A DNA stretch of 64,000 nucleotides from an uncultured Planctomycetales bacterium (GTDB taxonomy: Bacteria; Omnitrophota; Gorgyraeia; Gygaellales; Profunditerraquicolaceae): assembly GCA_964542785.1 (NCBI GenBank), contig CAZIUK010000001.1, forward strand, positions 133,115 through 197,114, written 5' to 3'. The notes beneath the pieces are model-generated. The model saw only the letters and a program-made list of their open reading frames with translations, did not search any database and had not been told where the DNA came from. Each line of letters begins with the position of its first letter. The stretch's first letter is position 1. The position numbers and the translations under genes were made by a program. Of the stretch, positions 1 to 10,971 are shown in pieces.

Positions 1-969
1 ATGATCGGGACACATGCGCTTTTGGAGGATAAGGTTGTTTTTAAGAATTTAGGTTTGGTGGTTATTGATGAACAGCATAAGTTTGGGGTAGGTCAAAGAG
101 CGCTCTTGCCCGGTAAGGGGAAGAACCCGGATGTGCTTATTATGACTGCTACCCCTATTCCTAGAACTCTTGCAATTACCATTTATGGAGATTTAGATAT
201 CTCTGTGATTAATGAGTCGCCTCCTGGAAGGGCAGGGTGTAAAACAATGCTATTTAACCAAACTCAGCGTGAGAGTGTTTATTCTATAGTTATTGAAGAG
301 TTAAAAAAGGGGAATCAGGCTTATATAATTTATCCTGTTATTGAGGAGTCTTTGGCTTTAGATATCTTGGGAGCTAAAAAGATGTATTCACAGTTACGAG
401 TAGGTTTCTTTAAGAAGTTTAGGTTAGGATTAGTCCATGGTAAATTATCCCAGAAGGAGCAGGATAAGGTTATGGCGGATTTTAAGGATAAGAAGATAGA
501 CCTCTTAGTCTCTACAACCGTTCTTGAGGTTGGAATTGACATTCATACAGCTACTTGTATGGTTATAGAAAATGCAGGGCGTTTTGGCCTCTCCCAATTG
601 CATCAATTACGGGGCAGAGTAGGCAGGGGTAGTAAGCAAGCTTATTGCCTGCTTATTTCAGATTCTGATAATCAGGATGTAAATTATAGGCTTTCGGCGA
701 TGGTAAAATATGGCGACGGGTTTAGTATATCAGAAGAGGATTTAAAGATTAGGGGCCCGGGGGAGTTTTTCGGCAAAAACCAGCACGGGTTAAGCGACCT
801 TAAGATAGGAGACCCTTTAGCGCAAATGCAGCTTCTAAAAAAAGCGCGGGAAGAAGCGATTAGATTATTAAGGTTAGATCCCGCGCTTACCTTAAAACAC
901 AACCTCCTCTTAAAAGAGCGGCTTATTTTAAGATTCCCGGAATACGAGCAATTAATATTAGTAGGATGA
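1..969 (+). CDS. recG: ATP-dependent DNA helicase RecG, C-terminal helicase part (5' truncated by window edge)
   Basis: DEQHKFGV motif, helicase C-terminal motifs (QLHQLRGRVGRG); ORF open at window start. Confidence 0.85.
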   Translation: MIGTHALLEDKVVFKNLGLVVIDEQHKFGVGQRALLPGKGKNPDVLIMTATPIPRTLAITIYGDLDISVINESPPGRAGCKTMLFNQTQRESVYSIVIEELKKGNQAYIIYPVIEESLALDILGAKKMYSQLRVGFFKKFRLGLVHGKLSQKEQDKVMADFKDKKIDLLVSTTVLEVGIDIHTATCMVIENAGRFGLSQLHQLRGRVGRGSKQAYCLLISDSDNQDVNYRLSAMVKYGDGFSISEEDLKIRGPGEFFGKNQHGLSDLKIGDPLAQMQLLKKAREEAIRLLRLDPALTLKHNLLLKERLILRFPEYEQLILVG

Positions 970-1547
970 TACGCATAACTACCGGAAAATATAAAGGAAG
1001 GAATATTCATAAGCCTAAAGGGATACGCCCTACTCAAAGTATAACCCGTAAGGCGATATTTGATATCCTTGGGGATATAAATGGGCTTTCTTTTCTTGAG
1101 TTATACGCCGGTTCAGGGGCAGTAGGGATAGAGGCATCTTCAAGGGGGGCTAAGAGCGTAGCCTTTGTAGAAAATAACTCTTCAGTCTTTAAGGTGCTTA
1201 ATCGTAATTTAAGCTTTATACCCTCTTCTGATTACTCTCTAATCCCTTTAGACGTAGAGAAGGCAGTTGTAAAGTTTTATAGAGAGGCAGAGAGGTTTGA
1301 TCTTATATTTTTTGACCCACCTTATGCATATTCAAAAGATTCTCTCGCAAAAAAAACCTTGCAAACCTTAGCTGCTTATGATATATTATCGCCCGCTGGT
1401 TTAATAATAGCGCAATACCCAAAGAAAGAGAGCCTCCCAGAGCGACTGGGAGTTTTAACTTTATTCAAGCTATCTACTTATGGCAGCACGAAAGTCTCAT
1501 TTTATGGTAAAGACGCCTCAAAAGGCAATATATCCGGGGACATTTGA
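966..1547 (+). CDS. rsmD: 16S rRNA (guanine966-N2)-methyltransferase RsmD
   Basis: ELYAGSGAVGIEA SAM-binding motif and DPPY catalytic motif; ATG overlaps recG stop. Confidence 0.8.
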   Translation: MIRITTGKYKGRNIHKPKGIRPTQSITRKAIFDILGDINGLSFLELYAGSGAVGIEASSRGAKSVAFVENNSSVFKVLNRNLSFIPSSDYSLIPLDVEKAVVKFYREAERFDLIFFDPPYAYSKDSLAKKTLQTLAAYDILSPAGLIIAQYPKKESLPERLGVLTLFKLSTYGSTKVSFYGKDASKGNISGDI

Positions 1548-1989
1548 CCCTGTAACTTATGGGCATATTGATTTAATTAAAAGGGCTCATAGGATATTCC
1601 CCGAGGTTATAGTTGCGGTAGCGCACAATCCTTATAAAGAGCCATTTTTTACCATATCCGAGCGGGTAAAGATGCTTACTACTGCAACTAAAAAGATAAG
1701 CGGTGTTAAGATAGTTGAGTTTGACGACTTAGTAGTTGATTATGCCCGCAAGCATAAAGTTAAGGTTCTAATCAGGGGCTTAAGGATGCTCTCTGATTTT
1801 GAATATGAATTTCAGATGGCGCTTACTAATAGGAAGTTATCCGGCGATATTGAGACTATATTTCTTATGCCCCATGAATCTTTTAGCTACCTATCTTCTA
1901 AATTGCTTAAAGAAGCAGCCTCTTTAGGCGCGGACTTATCAAGCTTTGTCCCGGGTTTTGTAGAGAAAGCGCTTAAGGCTAAGTTATGA
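1504..1989 (+). CDS. coaD: phosphopantetheine adenylyltransferase CoaD
   Basis: AIYPGTFDPVTYGHIDLI nucleotidyltransferase motif; start set at internal ATG 1504 (track start 1480). Confidence 0.88.
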   Translation: MVKTPQKAIYPGTFDPVTYGHIDLIKRAHRIFPEVIVAVAHNPYKEPFFTISERVKMLTTATKKISGVKIVEFDDLVVDYARKHKVKVLIRGLRMLSDFEYEFQMALTNRKLSGDIETIFLMPHESFSYLSSKLLKEAASLGADLSSFVPGFVEKALKAKL

Positions 1990-1999
1990 TAACAAGATA

Positions 2000-2413
2000 G
2001 TGAAGATAGACGCGCGTCAAATACCTCAAGAGGGATTAACTCTTGTAGAGGTTTTTAATCCTAAAGAGCTTGAATTAAATACCGATATCATAAGGTTTAT
2101 ATCACCGGTAAAGGCTAAGGCTCTTATTTTTAAAAGTTATAATGCTATTAGTGTAAATTTAACCTTAAGCTCTAAGATAGCTATTAATTGCTCCCGTTGC
2201 CTTAAGGAAGCTAACAAGGATTTTGACAAAACTTTTAATTTCAATTTTGCCTTAGATAAAATAAGGCCTATTATTGACTTAGATCCCGAAATAAGAGAAG
2301 AGATAATACTTGATTATCCGATTAAGCCTTTATGTAGCATTGATTGTAAAGGGCTTTGTTTAAAATGCGGGATGAATTTAAACGAAGGAGGTTGTAACTG
2401 TGGCTCTACCTAA
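2000..2413 (+). CDS. yceD: YceD/DUF177 family protein (large-subunit rRNA accumulation protein)
   Basis: Cys-rich C-terminus (CSIDCKGLCLKCGMNLNEGGCNC), conserved position immediately upstream of rpmF; GTG start. Confidence 0.7.
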   Translation: MKIDARQIPQEGLTLVEVFNPKELELNTDIIRFISPVKAKALIFKSYNAISVNLTLSSKIAINCSRCLKEANKDFDKTFNFNFALDKIRPIIDLDPEIREEIILDYPIKPLCSIDCKGLCLKCGMNLNEGGCNCGST

Positions 2414-2603
2414 GAGAAGGCATTCAAAGACCCGTGGCAGAAAACGCCGCACGCATTGGAAGGTATCTTCTGGCAATCTTGCAGTCTGTCCTCAATGCAA
2501 GGAGCCTAAACATGCTCATCGTATTTGTCCTACCTGCGGATATTATAAGGGTAAGCAGATTATAGAGATTAAGGCCAAGAAGAAGAAAAAAAGAAATAAT
2601 TAG
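2400..2603 (+). CDS. rpmF: 50S ribosomal protein L32
   Basis: MALPKRRHSKTRGRKRRTHW N-terminus and CxxC...CxxC zinc ribbon; GTG start overlapping yceD. Confidence 0.9.
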   Translation: MALPKRRHSKTRGRKRRTHWKVSSGNLAVCPQCKEPKHAHRICPTCGYYKGKQIIEIKAKKKKKRNN

Positions 2604-2658
2604 CCCTGATTATAGTATATATACCGATAAAAAGAGGGTTAGTTTAGGGGGATAGGCA

Positions 2659-3648
2659 ATGAAGATTGTTGTGGATGCAATGGGAGGGGACCATGCGCCT
2701 AGGGTTGTAGTAGAAGGCGTAGTTGCCGCTGTGAGGGAGTTTGGCGTAGAGGTTATACTCTGCGGAGATGAGGCAAAGATAGCGCCCCTCTTAAAGAAGA
2801 TAAAGTATTCAGGTAACAACATAGAGGTCCTTCATGCCCCGGAGGTAATAGATATGTGCGAGCCTGCTGCTAATAGTGTGCGCCGTAAAAGAAAATCCTC
2901 AATTGTTCTGGGGCTTAACCTTATTAAAACCGGAGTAGCCGGTGCTTTTTTTAGCGCCGGAAATACCGGGGCAGTAGTCTGTGCGGCTACTTTAGAGTTA
3001 AGGATGTTGCCGGGGGTAGAGAGGCCGGGCATAGGCATAGTTACCCCCGCGTTAAAAGGGGTATCTTTTATTATTGATGTTGGAGCAAATATAGATGCTA
3101 AGCCGGAGCATTTACTTCAATACGGGATTATGGCAGATGCCTATTGCCGCAATATCTTAAATAAAGATAACCCTACGGTGGGGCTATTAAATATCGGAGA
3201 AGAGGAGGCCAAGGGGACTGATTTTATGCGCCATACCCACGAGCTTCTTTCTAAGAGCAGGCTTAATTTTATCGGTAATATTGAAGGCAAGAGTTTATTT
3301 AGCGGTAAGAGCGATATTATTATTACGGACGGCTTTGTAGGCAATGTCGCCTTGAAGGTTTCAGAGAGTGCGGCAGAGGCAATGCAGACCTTTTTAAAAA
3401 GGCATCTTTTAAGTAACCTTATGGGAAAGATTGGGCTGTTTTTTCTTTTGCCGAGCCTAAAGCGCTTTAAAAAAGATATTGATTATGCCGAATACGGAGG
3501 GGCGCCTCTTTTAGGGGTAAATGGCGTAGTCATTATCGGGCATGGTCGTTCTAATGCCCGGGCAATAAAGAATGCAATTAGGGTAGCCAATGAACAGATA
3601 AAGCGTAAGGTTAATGATAAGATATTAGAAGCTATTAAGCATAGCTAA
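2659..3648 (+). CDS. plsX: phosphate acyltransferase PlsX
   Basis: MKIVVDAMGGDHAP N-terminus; rpmF-plsX-fabHDG-acpP-fabF synteny. Confidence 0.9.
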   Translation: MKIVVDAMGGDHAPRVVVEGVVAAVREFGVEVILCGDEAKIAPLLKKIKYSGNNIEVLHAPEVIDMCEPAANSVRRKRKSSIVLGLNLIKTGVAGAFFSAGNTGAVVCAATLELRMLPGVERPGIGIVTPALKGVSFIIDVGANIDAKPEHLLQYGIMADAYCRNILNKDNPTVGLLNIGEEEAKGTDFMRHTHELLSKSRLNFIGNIEGKSLFSGKSDIIITDGFVGNVALKVSESAAEAMQTFLKRHLLSNLMGKIGLFFLLPSLKRFKKDIDYAEYGGAPLLGVNGVVIIGHGRSNARAIKNAIRVANEQIKRKVNDKILEAIKHS

Positions 3649-3667
3649 TTAAGGGGAAATTAAAATA

Positions 3668-4645
3668 ATGCGTAAGGTTGGCATAATTGGAGTAGGCGAG
3701 TATCTACCGCAAAAGGTTTTAACTAATGCAGACCTTGAAAAGATAGTTGATACTACCGACGAATGGATTACCACAAGAACAGGGATAAAGGAGCGCAGGA
3801 TCGCTTCTTCTTCTGAGGCCACTTCAGATTTAGCGATAAAAGCTGCCAAGGAGGCATTAAGGGATGCCAAATTAACCCCTCAGGATATTGATTTAGTAAT
3901 AGTCGCTACCATTACCCCGGACCTTATCTTTCCTTCCACAGCCTCTATAGTGCAAAACGCTCTCTCCATAAAGAATGCCGCAGCTTTTGATATCTCTGCT
4001 GCATGCGCGGGGTTTGTCTATGCATTATCCGTAGCGCGCCAGTTTATTACCAATGGTGCCTATAAAAATGCCCTTGTTATCGGAGCTGAAAAGCTCTCAG
4101 CAGTAACAGACTGGCAGGACCGTAACACTTGCGTTTTACTCGGCGATGGCGCAGGCGCATGTGTTGTCTCCGGGGTAGATAGCGGAGGCATAGCCTCTAT
4201 TTATCTGGATTGCGATGGTTCTAATTTAGAGTTACTGTATATGCCTGCCGGAGGTTCGCGTTTACCTGCGACATATGAAACCGTAGATAAGCGTATGCAT
4301 TTTCTTAAGATGCGCGGTAATGAATTATTTAAGATAGCGGTTAAAACAATGACTATGGCCGCAGAAAAGGTATTAGAACAGGCAGGGCTTACCTTTAAGG
4401 ATATTGACCTTATAGTCCCGCATCAGGCTAATTCCAGGATAATTATGGCAGTAGCCAAAAAACTCGGGATTCCCGAAGAAAAGATTTTTCTTAATATAGA
4501 AAAATACGGGAATATGTCTAGCGCTTCTATGGTTACAGCTTTGGTTGAAGCAGTAAAGGAAGGTAGGGTTAAAAGAGGAGATACGGTTCTTCTTGATTGT
4601 TTTGGCGCAGGGTTAGTCTGGGGTGCCTGCGTTATAAATTGGTAA
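3668..4645 (+). CDS. fabH: 3-oxoacyl-ACP synthase III FabH
   Basis: N-terminal IGVGEYLP and AACAGF active-site Cys, C-terminal GFGAGLVWGA. Confidence 0.9.
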   Translation: MRKVGIIGVGEYLPQKVLTNADLEKIVDTTDEWITTRTGIKERRIASSSEATSDLAIKAAKEALRDAKLTPQDIDLVIVATITPDLIFPSTASIVQNALSIKNAAAFDISAACAGFVYALSVARQFITNGAYKNALVIGAEKLSAVTDWQDRNTCVLLGDGAGACVVSGVDSGGIASIYLDCDGSNLELLYMPAGGSRLPATYETVDKRMHFLKMRGNELFKIAVKTMTMAAEKVLEQAGLTFKDIDLIVPHQANSRIIMAVAKKLGIPEEKIFLNIEKYGNMSSASMVTALVEAVKEGRVKRGDTVLLDCFGAGLVWGACVINW

Positions 4646-4654
4646 TAAATAAAG

Positions 4655-5578
4655 ATGGATAAGACAGCATTTCTCTTTGCCGGGCAAGGTTCTCAATATG
4701 TAGGCATGGGAAGAGAGCTTTACGATAGTTTTCCTGAGGCAAAATCTATCTTTGATAGGGCCCAAAAATTATTAGATTTTGATTTAAAGCAAATTTGCTT
4801 TGAAGGCCCGGAAGATAAATTAAAAGCGACTAATATATCCCAGCCGGCTATTGTAACTGTTAGCATAGCTGCTTTTGAATCTTTTAAGGCAAAGAGTAGT
4901 ATTAAGCCTAACTATATGGCGGGTTTGAGTTTAGGTGAGTATAGCGCTTTGATTGCTGCCGAGAGTATTAGCTTTGAAGATGGGATCCGATTGATTAAGG
5001 CGCGCGGAGGGCTAATGGAAGAGGCCTCTAAAAAATTCCCCGGGAAAATGGCGGCAATTTTGGATTTGCCTTTAGAAAAGATAAAGGATATCTCTTCAGA
5101 GTCTAAGGCGCAGATAGCAAACCTTAATTGCCCGGGACAGGTTGTTTTAACCGGAAGTCCCATACAGATAGACAAGGCTATTGAGCTTTCTCTTGAGGCA
5201 GGCGCTAAGAGGGCTATTCCATTAGAGGTAAGCGGAGCATTTCATTCTTCGTTTATGTTTGAGGCCGCAGCCGGGTTAAAGAAGGTATTAGAGAATACTA
5301 ACATTAAAAATGCACTTATCCCTGTGGTAAGCAATTTTACGGCAGATATACAAGTAGACCCTTTTCAAATTAAAGATAATTTGGCTTCCCAGATTCATTC
5401 TTCAGTCAGGTGGGAAGATTCAATGAGGTATATATTATCTAAAGGCATAAGTGGCTTTATTGAGTTTGGCCCGGGTAAGGTTCTTAAGGGCTTGATGAGG
5501 AAGATAGAACCTTCTATAAAGGTAATAAATATAGAAAAAGCATCGGATATTTTAAGTTTATCTAGTCAAGCATTCTAA
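4655..5578 (+). CDS. fabD: malonyl-CoA:ACP transacylase FabD
   Basis: FLFAGQGSQYVGMG and GLSLGEYSAL active-site Ser motif. Confidence 0.9.
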   Translation: MDKTAFLFAGQGSQYVGMGRELYDSFPEAKSIFDRAQKLLDFDLKQICFEGPEDKLKATNISQPAIVTVSIAAFESFKAKSSIKPNYMAGLSLGEYSALIAAESISFEDGIRLIKARGGLMEEASKKFPGKMAAILDLPLEKIKDISSESKAQIANLNCPGQVVLTGSPIQIDKAIELSLEAGAKRAIPLEVSGAFHSSFMFEAAAGLKKVLENTNIKNALIPVVSNFTADIQVDPFQIKDNLASQIHSSVRWEDSMRYILSKGISGFIEFGPGKVLKGLMRKIEPSIKVINIEKASDILSLSSQAF

Positions 5579-5583
5579 TAGAG

Positions 5584-5616
5584 GCAGTCCCTGTATTGCT
5601 GAGCGGGGACAGTCCC
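5584..5616 (+). repeat. GC-rich element after fabD containing CAGTCCCTG and palindromic GGGGACAGTCCC
   Basis: Shares the GGGGACAG core with family-2 palindromes; CAGTCCCT is directly repeated. Confidence 0.35.
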
Positions 5617-5642
5617 TAGAATTTATAACAAGGAGAATTAAT

Positions 5643-6386
5643 ATGAGGCTAAAAAATAAAGTTGCTTTTATAACCGGGTCTGCCCAAGGCATAGGCAGGG
5701 AAATTGCCTTAACCTTTGCTAAGGAGGGGGCGGATATTGTTGTTGCAGATTTAAACCTTGATTTAGCTGCCAAGACTGCCTCTGAGATTGAGAGTTTAGG
5801 CAGAAAAGCCATGGCTTTAGAGCTGGATGTCACTGATTACGCAAAAGTAGAAGAAGGGGTGAACAAAATTCTTGACAAATTTGGAAAGGTTGATATATTA
5901 GTTAACAATGCCGGGATTAATAAGGATAATCTCCTTATCAGGATGTCTCAGGCAGAGTGGGATGCAGTTATAAATGTAAACTTAAAAGGTACTTTTAATT
6001 GCATTAAGGCTGTCTCCCGCCCCATGATTAAGCAGAGAAGCGGTAAGATAGTAAATATCGCTTCCATAATTGGGCTTATGGGTAATTGGGGGCAGGCAAA
6101 TTACGCCGCCTCTAAAGCAGGGATAATTGCTCTTACTAAAACCGTGGCAAAAGAATTTGCCACCCGTAATATCAATGCCAATGCAGTTGCCCCGGGTTTT
6201 ATCCAGACTGATATGACTGCTAAGCTTCCGGAGGATGTGAAAAAAAAGATGCTGGAGGCTATTCCTATGGCAAAGTTAGGGGTACCTGAGGATGTTGCCA
6301 ACCTTTGTTTATTTTTGGCCTCAGAAGAATCAAGCTATATTACAGGGCAGGTTATTACTATAGACGGCGGAATGGTGATGGCATAA
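5643..6386 (+). CDS. fabG: 3-oxoacyl-ACP reductase FabG (SDR)
   Basis: [12 protein letters not shown] Rossmann motif, NNAGI, YAASKAG catalytic motif. Confidence 0.85.
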   Translation: MRLKNKVAFITGSAQGIGREIALTFAKEGADIVVADLNLDLAAKTASEIESLGRKAMALELDVTDYAKVEEGVNKILDKFGKVDILVNNAGINKDNLLIRMSQAEWDAVINVNLKGTFNCIKAVSRPMIKQRSGKIVNIASIIGLMGNWGQANYAASKAGIIALTKTVAKEFATRNINANAVAPGFIQTDMTAKLPEDVKKKMLEAIPMAKLGVPEDVANLCLFLASEESSYITGQVITIDGGMVMA

Positions 6387-6405
6387 AAACAAGGAGGAAA
6401 AAAGA

Positions 6406-6645
6406 ATGTCAGTTCAAGAAAAAGTTAAGTCAATTATAGCAGAGCAGTTAGGAGTTAAACCCGAAGAGGTTACACCCGAGGCTTCTTTTGTAGATGATTT
6501 AGGAGCAGATTCTTTGGATACGGTAGAGCTTGTCATGGCCTTAGAAGAAGAGTTTGGTATAGAGATACCAGATGAGGATGCTGAAAAGATATCTAAGGTC
6601 GCTGATGCTATTAAGTATATTGAAGAGAAGAGCGCCAACAAATAA
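6406..6645 (+). CDS. acpP: acyl carrier protein
   Basis: [21 protein letters not shown] phosphopantetheine attachment site. Confidence 0.9.
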   Translation: MSVQEKVKSIIAEQLGVKPEEVTPEASFVDDLGADSLDTVELVMALEEEFGIEIPDEDAEKISKVADAIKYIEEKSANK

Positions 6646-6673
6646 TACCTTGATTATAGATTAATTTGAAACC

Positions 6674-6710
6674 TACCCCGCTATTTTTTTAACTGGCGGG
6701 GTAAGTTTTA
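6674..6710 (+). terminator. putative rho-independent terminator/attenuator after acpP
   Basis: TACCCCGC / GCGGGGTA stem (14-nt loop) followed by AGTTTTA. Confidence 0.4.
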
Positions 6711-6729
6711 GTAGCGCAAAAGTTAAAAT

Positions 6730-7974
6730 ATGAGTAAAAATAGAGTAGTAATTACAGGTTTAGGGGTAATTTCTCCTGTAGGAAACGATATTTCGTCTTT
6801 TTGGGGTTCGTTAGTAGAAGGTAAGGGCGGGGTTGGTCCTTTAACTAGCTTTGATCCTATAAATTTTGATTCACGTATTGCTGCTGAGGTAAAAGGTTTT
6901 GACCCTTCAAGCGTTGGAATGGACCATAAAGAGGCGCGGCGCACAGCTAAGTTTGTTCAATATGCGGTTGCTGCTAGCCATCAGGCAATAATTTCTTCCG
7001 GTCTTGATTTAAATAAAGAGGATAAAGAGAGGATTGGGGTATTAATTGGCTCTGGTATTGGTAGCCTCTATACAATAGAAGAAGAGCATAAGGTTATGCT
7101 TAATAAAGGCCCTGCGCGTATGTCCCCATTTCTTATCCCCATGCTTATTGTCAATGAAGCTAGTGGTTTTGTAGGTATTAACTTTGGGCTTAAAGGCCCT
7201 AATTTTTGCATTGCTACTGCTTGTGCTTCAGGCTCGCATTCTATAGGAGATGCCTTTAGGATTATAGAGAGGGGTGAAGCTGATGTGATGATTACCGGCG
7301 GGACAGAGAGTTGTATTGTTCCTACCGCTGTTGGAGGGTTTTGTGCTCTAAGGGCGCTATCTAAAAGAAATGATGAACCGCAAAAAGCATCTCGTCCCTT
7401 TGACCGCGACAGGGATGGTTTTATTATGGCAGAAGGCTGCGGCTTGGTAGTCTTAGAATCCCTTGATCATGCAATAAAAAGAAACGCCCAGATTATTGCC
7501 GAGATAGTAGGTTTTGGCATGACTTGCGATGCGTTTCATATTACAGCTCCTGATCCTGAAGGAGAAGGGGCGGCAAAGGCTATGTCTTTAGCCTTAACTG
7601 ATGCTAAACTTAACCCTGAGGATGTGGATTATATTAACGCACATGGGACATCTACTAAGCTAAATGATAAAATAGAAACTCTTTCTATAAAGAAAGTCTT
7701 TGGTAATTATGCCAAAGAGGTAATGATCTCCTCAACTAAATCTGTTACCGGCCATCTCTTAGGTGCTGCCGGGGGTGTTGAGTTTTTGGCTTGTTGTCTT
7801 GCTATTAGAGACCAGGTTGTGCCGCCAACAATAAATTATGACCACCCTGACCCCGAATGCGACCTTGATTATATTCCCAATGCTGCCCGTAAAGATAAGG
7901 TAGAAGTATGTGTTTCTAATTCCCTTGGCTTTGGAGGGCATAATGCTACTTTAGTTGTAAAGAAATTTAAATGA
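6730..7974 (+). CDS. fabF: 3-oxoacyl-ACP synthase II FabF
   Basis: [13 protein letters not shown]-terminus, ATACASG active-site Cys, HGTST, GFGGHN. Confidence 0.9.
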   Translation: MSKNRVVITGLGVISPVGNDISSFWGSLVEGKGGVGPLTSFDPINFDSRIAAEVKGFDPSSVGMDHKEARRTAKFVQYAVAASHQAIISSGLDLNKEDKERIGVLIGSGIGSLYTIEEEHKVMLNKGPARMSPFLIPMLIVNEASGFVGINFGLKGPNFCIATACASGSHSIGDAFRIIERGEADVMITGGTESCIVPTAVGGFCALRALSKRNDEPQKASRPFDRDRDGFIMAEGCGLVVLESLDHAIKRNAQIIAEIVGFGMTCDAFHITAPDPEGEGAAKAMSLALTDAKLNPEDVDYINAHGTSTKLNDKIETLSIKKVFGNYAKEVMISSTKSVTGHLLGAAGGVEFLACCLAIRDQVVPPTINYDHPDPECDLDYIPNAARKDKVEVCVSNSLGFGGHNATLVVKKFK

Positions 7975-9233
7975 GTTATACAATCGCAGAAAAAATACTA
8001 ATCGCCCATTGTGGTAAAAAAGACATTGTTCCGGGAGAGTTTATAGAAGCTGATATTGACCTTGCTTTAGGCAATGATATCACTGCTCCTATAGCTATAG
8101 AGGAATTTAAAAGAGCAGGTTTCAAAAAGGTTTTTGATAAGAATAAGATAGCCTTAGTCCCGGATCATTTTACCCCGGCAAAGGATTTAAGAAGCGCGAA
8201 TCAATGCAAGGCGTTAGCTGATTTTTCCAAAGAGCAGAGGATTGTTAATTATTTTGAAGTTGGGCAGATGGGTATTGAACATGTCCTTCTACCTGAAAAA
8301 GGGTTGGTTCTTCCTGGTGATTTGGTTATTGGCGCAGATTCTCATACCTGTACCTATGGCGCTTTAGGATGTTATTCTACGGGGGTTGGTTCTACTGATT
8401 TAGCCAGAAGCTTTATTGACGGGAAGATTTGGCTTAAGGTCCCGGGCACGGTTAAGTTTATCTACAAAGGAAAACTTAATAAATGGGTAGGAGGGAAAGA
8501 CCTTATTCTATTTACTATCGGGAAAATAGGTGTAGATGGCGCTTTATATAAGGTAATGGAGTTCTCTGGTCCGGTTGTGCATAAGTTAGGTATGGATGAT
8601 AGATTTACTATGAGTAATATGGCTATTGAGGCGGGAGGTAGGGCTGGAATAATTGAGCCGGATAGCATAACTAAAAAATACATCTCTAAATTTAAAGCGC
8701 GTAAGCCCGTATTTTATTATTCGGACAAGGATGCACATTATGATAAGATTTATGTATGGGATATAACTGGGTTAGAGCCTCAGGTAGCTTGTCCGCATCT
8801 GCCAAGCAATGTAAAGCCGGTAAGTTCTTTAAAGGATATAAAAGTTGATCAGGTAGTCATAGGTTCTTGCACTAACGGCAGGATATCGGATTTAAGGGTT
8901 GCTGCTAAGATACTTAAAGGAAAGAAGGCTTCTTTAGGGGTAAAGTTAATTGTGTTTCCCGGGACACAGAAGATATATTTAGAAGCAGTTAGAGAAGGTT
9001 TAGCACAAATTTTTGTTAAGGCAGGGGGGATATTCTCTACTCCTACTTGTGGTCCTTGTTTAGGTGGGCATATGGGGATACTTACTGAGGGCGAAACTTG
9101 TATTGCTACTACTAATAGAAATTTTATCGGCAGGATGGGTTCGCCTAAGAGTTTTGTTTATCTATCAAGCCCTGCGGTAGCTGCTGCTTCTGCTATTACC
9201 GGAAGGATTACTCATCCTGACTTTGTAAGATAA
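7971..9233 (+). CDS. leuC: 3-isopropylmalate dehydratase large subunit (420-aa aconitase-family LeuC/HACN type)
   Basis: Aconitase-family Cys ligands (GSCTNGR, CGPCLG); followed by leuD and leuB. Confidence 0.8.
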   Translation: MSYTIAEKILIAHCGKKDIVPGEFIEADIDLALGNDITAPIAIEEFKRAGFKKVFDKNKIALVPDHFTPAKDLRSANQCKALADFSKEQRIVNYFEVGQMGIEHVLLPEKGLVLPGDLVIGADSHTCTYGALGCYSTGVGSTDLARSFIDGKIWLKVPGTVKFIYKGKLNKWVGGKDLILFTIGKIGVDGALYKVMEFSGPVVHKLGMDDRFTMSNMAIEAGGRAGIIEPDSITKKYISKFKARKPVFYYSDKDAHYDKIYVWDITGLEPQVACPHLPSNVKPVSSLKDIKVDQVVIGSCTNGRISDLRVAAKILKGKKASLGVKLIVFPGTQKIYLEAVREGLAQIFVKAGGIFSTPTCGPCLGGHMGILTEGETCIATTNRNFIGRMGSPKSFVYLSSPAVAAASAITGRITHPDFVR

Positions 9234-9273
9234 TATGAAGGATTGTCCCGTTTAACCCAGGAAGTTTGAGTTT

Positions 9274-9327
9274 GGGGACAGCGACTTTTAAGCGACTTTT
9301 TAATAGGGTATAAAAGTCGCTGTCCCC
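9274..9327 (+). repeat. long perfect palindrome (family 2): GGGGACAGCGACTTTTA ... TAAAAGTCGCTGTCCCC, 17-bp arms, 20-nt loop containing a third AGCGACTTTTT copy
   Basis: Perfect inverted repeat immediately downstream of leuC; related copy at 29317-29354. Confidence 0.8.
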
Positions 9328-9349
9328 ATTAAACATTAAAAGGTGTATT

Positions 9350-9853
9350 ATGATGATTAAAGGCAAAGCGCATAAATTTGGCAATGACATCAATACCGAT
9401 GATATAATCTCTGCTAAATACCTTGTCTCTACTGATCTTAAAGAGTTAGGTAGCCATTGCATGGAGGCGATTGCCCCGGATTTTACTAAGAAAGTTATTT
9501 CTGGGGATATAATTGTTGCCGGGGATAATTTTGGTTGTGGCTCTTCACGCGAACATGCGCCTATGGCAATTAAGGGTTGTGGAGTATCGGCAGTCTTAGC
9601 TAAGAGTTTTGCCGCTATATTCTTTAGGAATGCTATTAATATCGGCTTGCCGTTTTTAGAACTTAAAGATACGGATAAAATTAATGATGGTGATATCCTT
9701 GAGATAGATTTAACAAGTGGAGAAATAAAGAATATTACCCAGAGTAAAATTTATTATACCCAAAAATTTCCGCATTTTTTACAGGAGTTAGTCAAAGAAG
9801 GCGGGTTGATGAATTGGGTTAGGGAAAAAAGGAAGGGGGATAAAGGTGTATAG
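9350..9853 (+). CDS. leuD: 3-isopropylmalate dehydratase small subunit
   Basis: GDNFGCGSSREHA swivel-domain motif. Confidence 0.8.
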   Translation: MMIKGKAHKFGNDINTDDIISAKYLVSTDLKELGSHCMEAIAPDFTKKVISGDIIVAGDNFGCGSSREHAPMAIKGCGVSAVLAKSFAAIFFRNAINIGLPFLELKDTDKINDGDILEIDLTSGEIKNITQSKIYYTQKFPHFLQELVKEGGLMNWVREKRKGDKGV

Positions 9854-10895
9854 AATAGCAGTTATACCCGGGGATGGCACTGGCCCGGAAGTGACTCAAG
9901 AGGGTTTAAAGGTTATGAAAGCCGCAAGCGAAAGGTACGGCTTTAAATATGAAACAGAGGATTTTGATTTTAGCGGGAAGAGGTATTTAAAGACTGGGAA
10001 ATTAGTTGCTGATAGCGATATCGAAAGGTTAAAGAAGTTCGATGCGATATATCTTGGGGCAGTAGGCGACCCTGATGTTAAACCTGGGGTTATTGAAACT
10101 GGGGTATTACTTAAACTAAGGTTTGCCTTAGACCAATATATAAATTTACGCCCGGTTAAACTTTACAATGCCTTGTTTTGTCCTTTAAAAGATAAAAATC
10201 CTGAAGACATAGATTTTGTGGTCATCAGGGAGAATTCTGAAGGGTTATATAAAGGTTTAGGAGAATTTAAGGATAAAGGAACTAAAGATGAAGTAGCTAT
10301 ACAGATTTCTTATAATACCAGAAAAGGTGCCGAGCGTTGTATCCGGTATGCCTTTGAGCTCGCCCGCAAGAGAAACAGAAGAAAGAAGTTAACCCTTTGC
10401 GGCAAGACCAATGTCTTAACTTTTGCTTGGGACCTTTGGGAGAGGGCTTTTTATGAGGTAGCAAAAGAATACCCGGATATTACGGTTGACTATGCGCATG
10501 TTGACGCAATTACTATGTGGCTTGTTAAAAATCCTGAGTGGTTTGATGTTATTGTAACTGATAATATGTTCGGTGATATCATTACGGATTTAGGGGCGAT
10601 GATTCAAGGTGGTATGGGTATTGCCGCCGGGGGGAACATTAATCCTTTAGGTGTCTCTTTATTTGAGCCTATCGGAGGAAGTGCTCCTAAATATACGGGG
10701 AAAAATATTATCAACCCTTTGGCTGCAATTTGTGCGGCAGGTATGATGCTTGAAAACTTAGGTGAGGGTAAGGCTGCTTTAGCAATAGAGAGTGCGGTTA
10801 TAAAGGTAGTCAGTAGTAAATTAAAATCTTTAAGCGCAGGCAAAATGGGTTATTCTACTACTGAGGTAGGGGATTTAGTAGTAGATAATCTATAA
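9846..10895 (+). CDS. leuB: 3-isopropylmalate dehydrogenase
   Basis: [14 protein letters not shown]-terminus; isocitrate/isopropylmalate dehydrogenase family; context with leuCD. Confidence 0.75.
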   Translation: MYRIAVIPGDGTGPEVTQEGLKVMKAASERYGFKYETEDFDFSGKRYLKTGKLVADSDIERLKKFDAIYLGAVGDPDVKPGVIETGVLLKLRFALDQYINLRPVKLYNALFCPLKDKNPEDIDFVVIRENSEGLYKGLGEFKDKGTKDEVAIQISYNTRKGAERCIRYAFELARKRNRRKKLTLCGKTNVLTFAWDLWERAFYEVAKEYPDITVDYAHVDAITMWLVKNPEWFDVIVTDNMFGDIITDLGAMIQGGMGIAAGGNINPLGVSLFEPIGGSAPKYTGKNIINPLAAICAAGMMLENLGEGKAALAIESAVIKVVSSKLKSLSAGKMGYSTTEVGDLVVDNL

Positions 10896-10971
10896 TTGTA
10901 GAGATAGGAACTGCCTTCGTAGATAAGTACATAAGCTAGAAGATTGTTTTTAGGGTTTAAGAGTTATTTTT

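Noticed and set aside
1480-1503. Upstream ATG as coaD start (track ORF 1480-1989)
   Set aside because: The conserved CoaD N-terminus aligns with the ATG at 1504 (MVKTPQKAIYPGTFDP). The upstream codons would add a non-conserved extension and increase overlap with rsmD.
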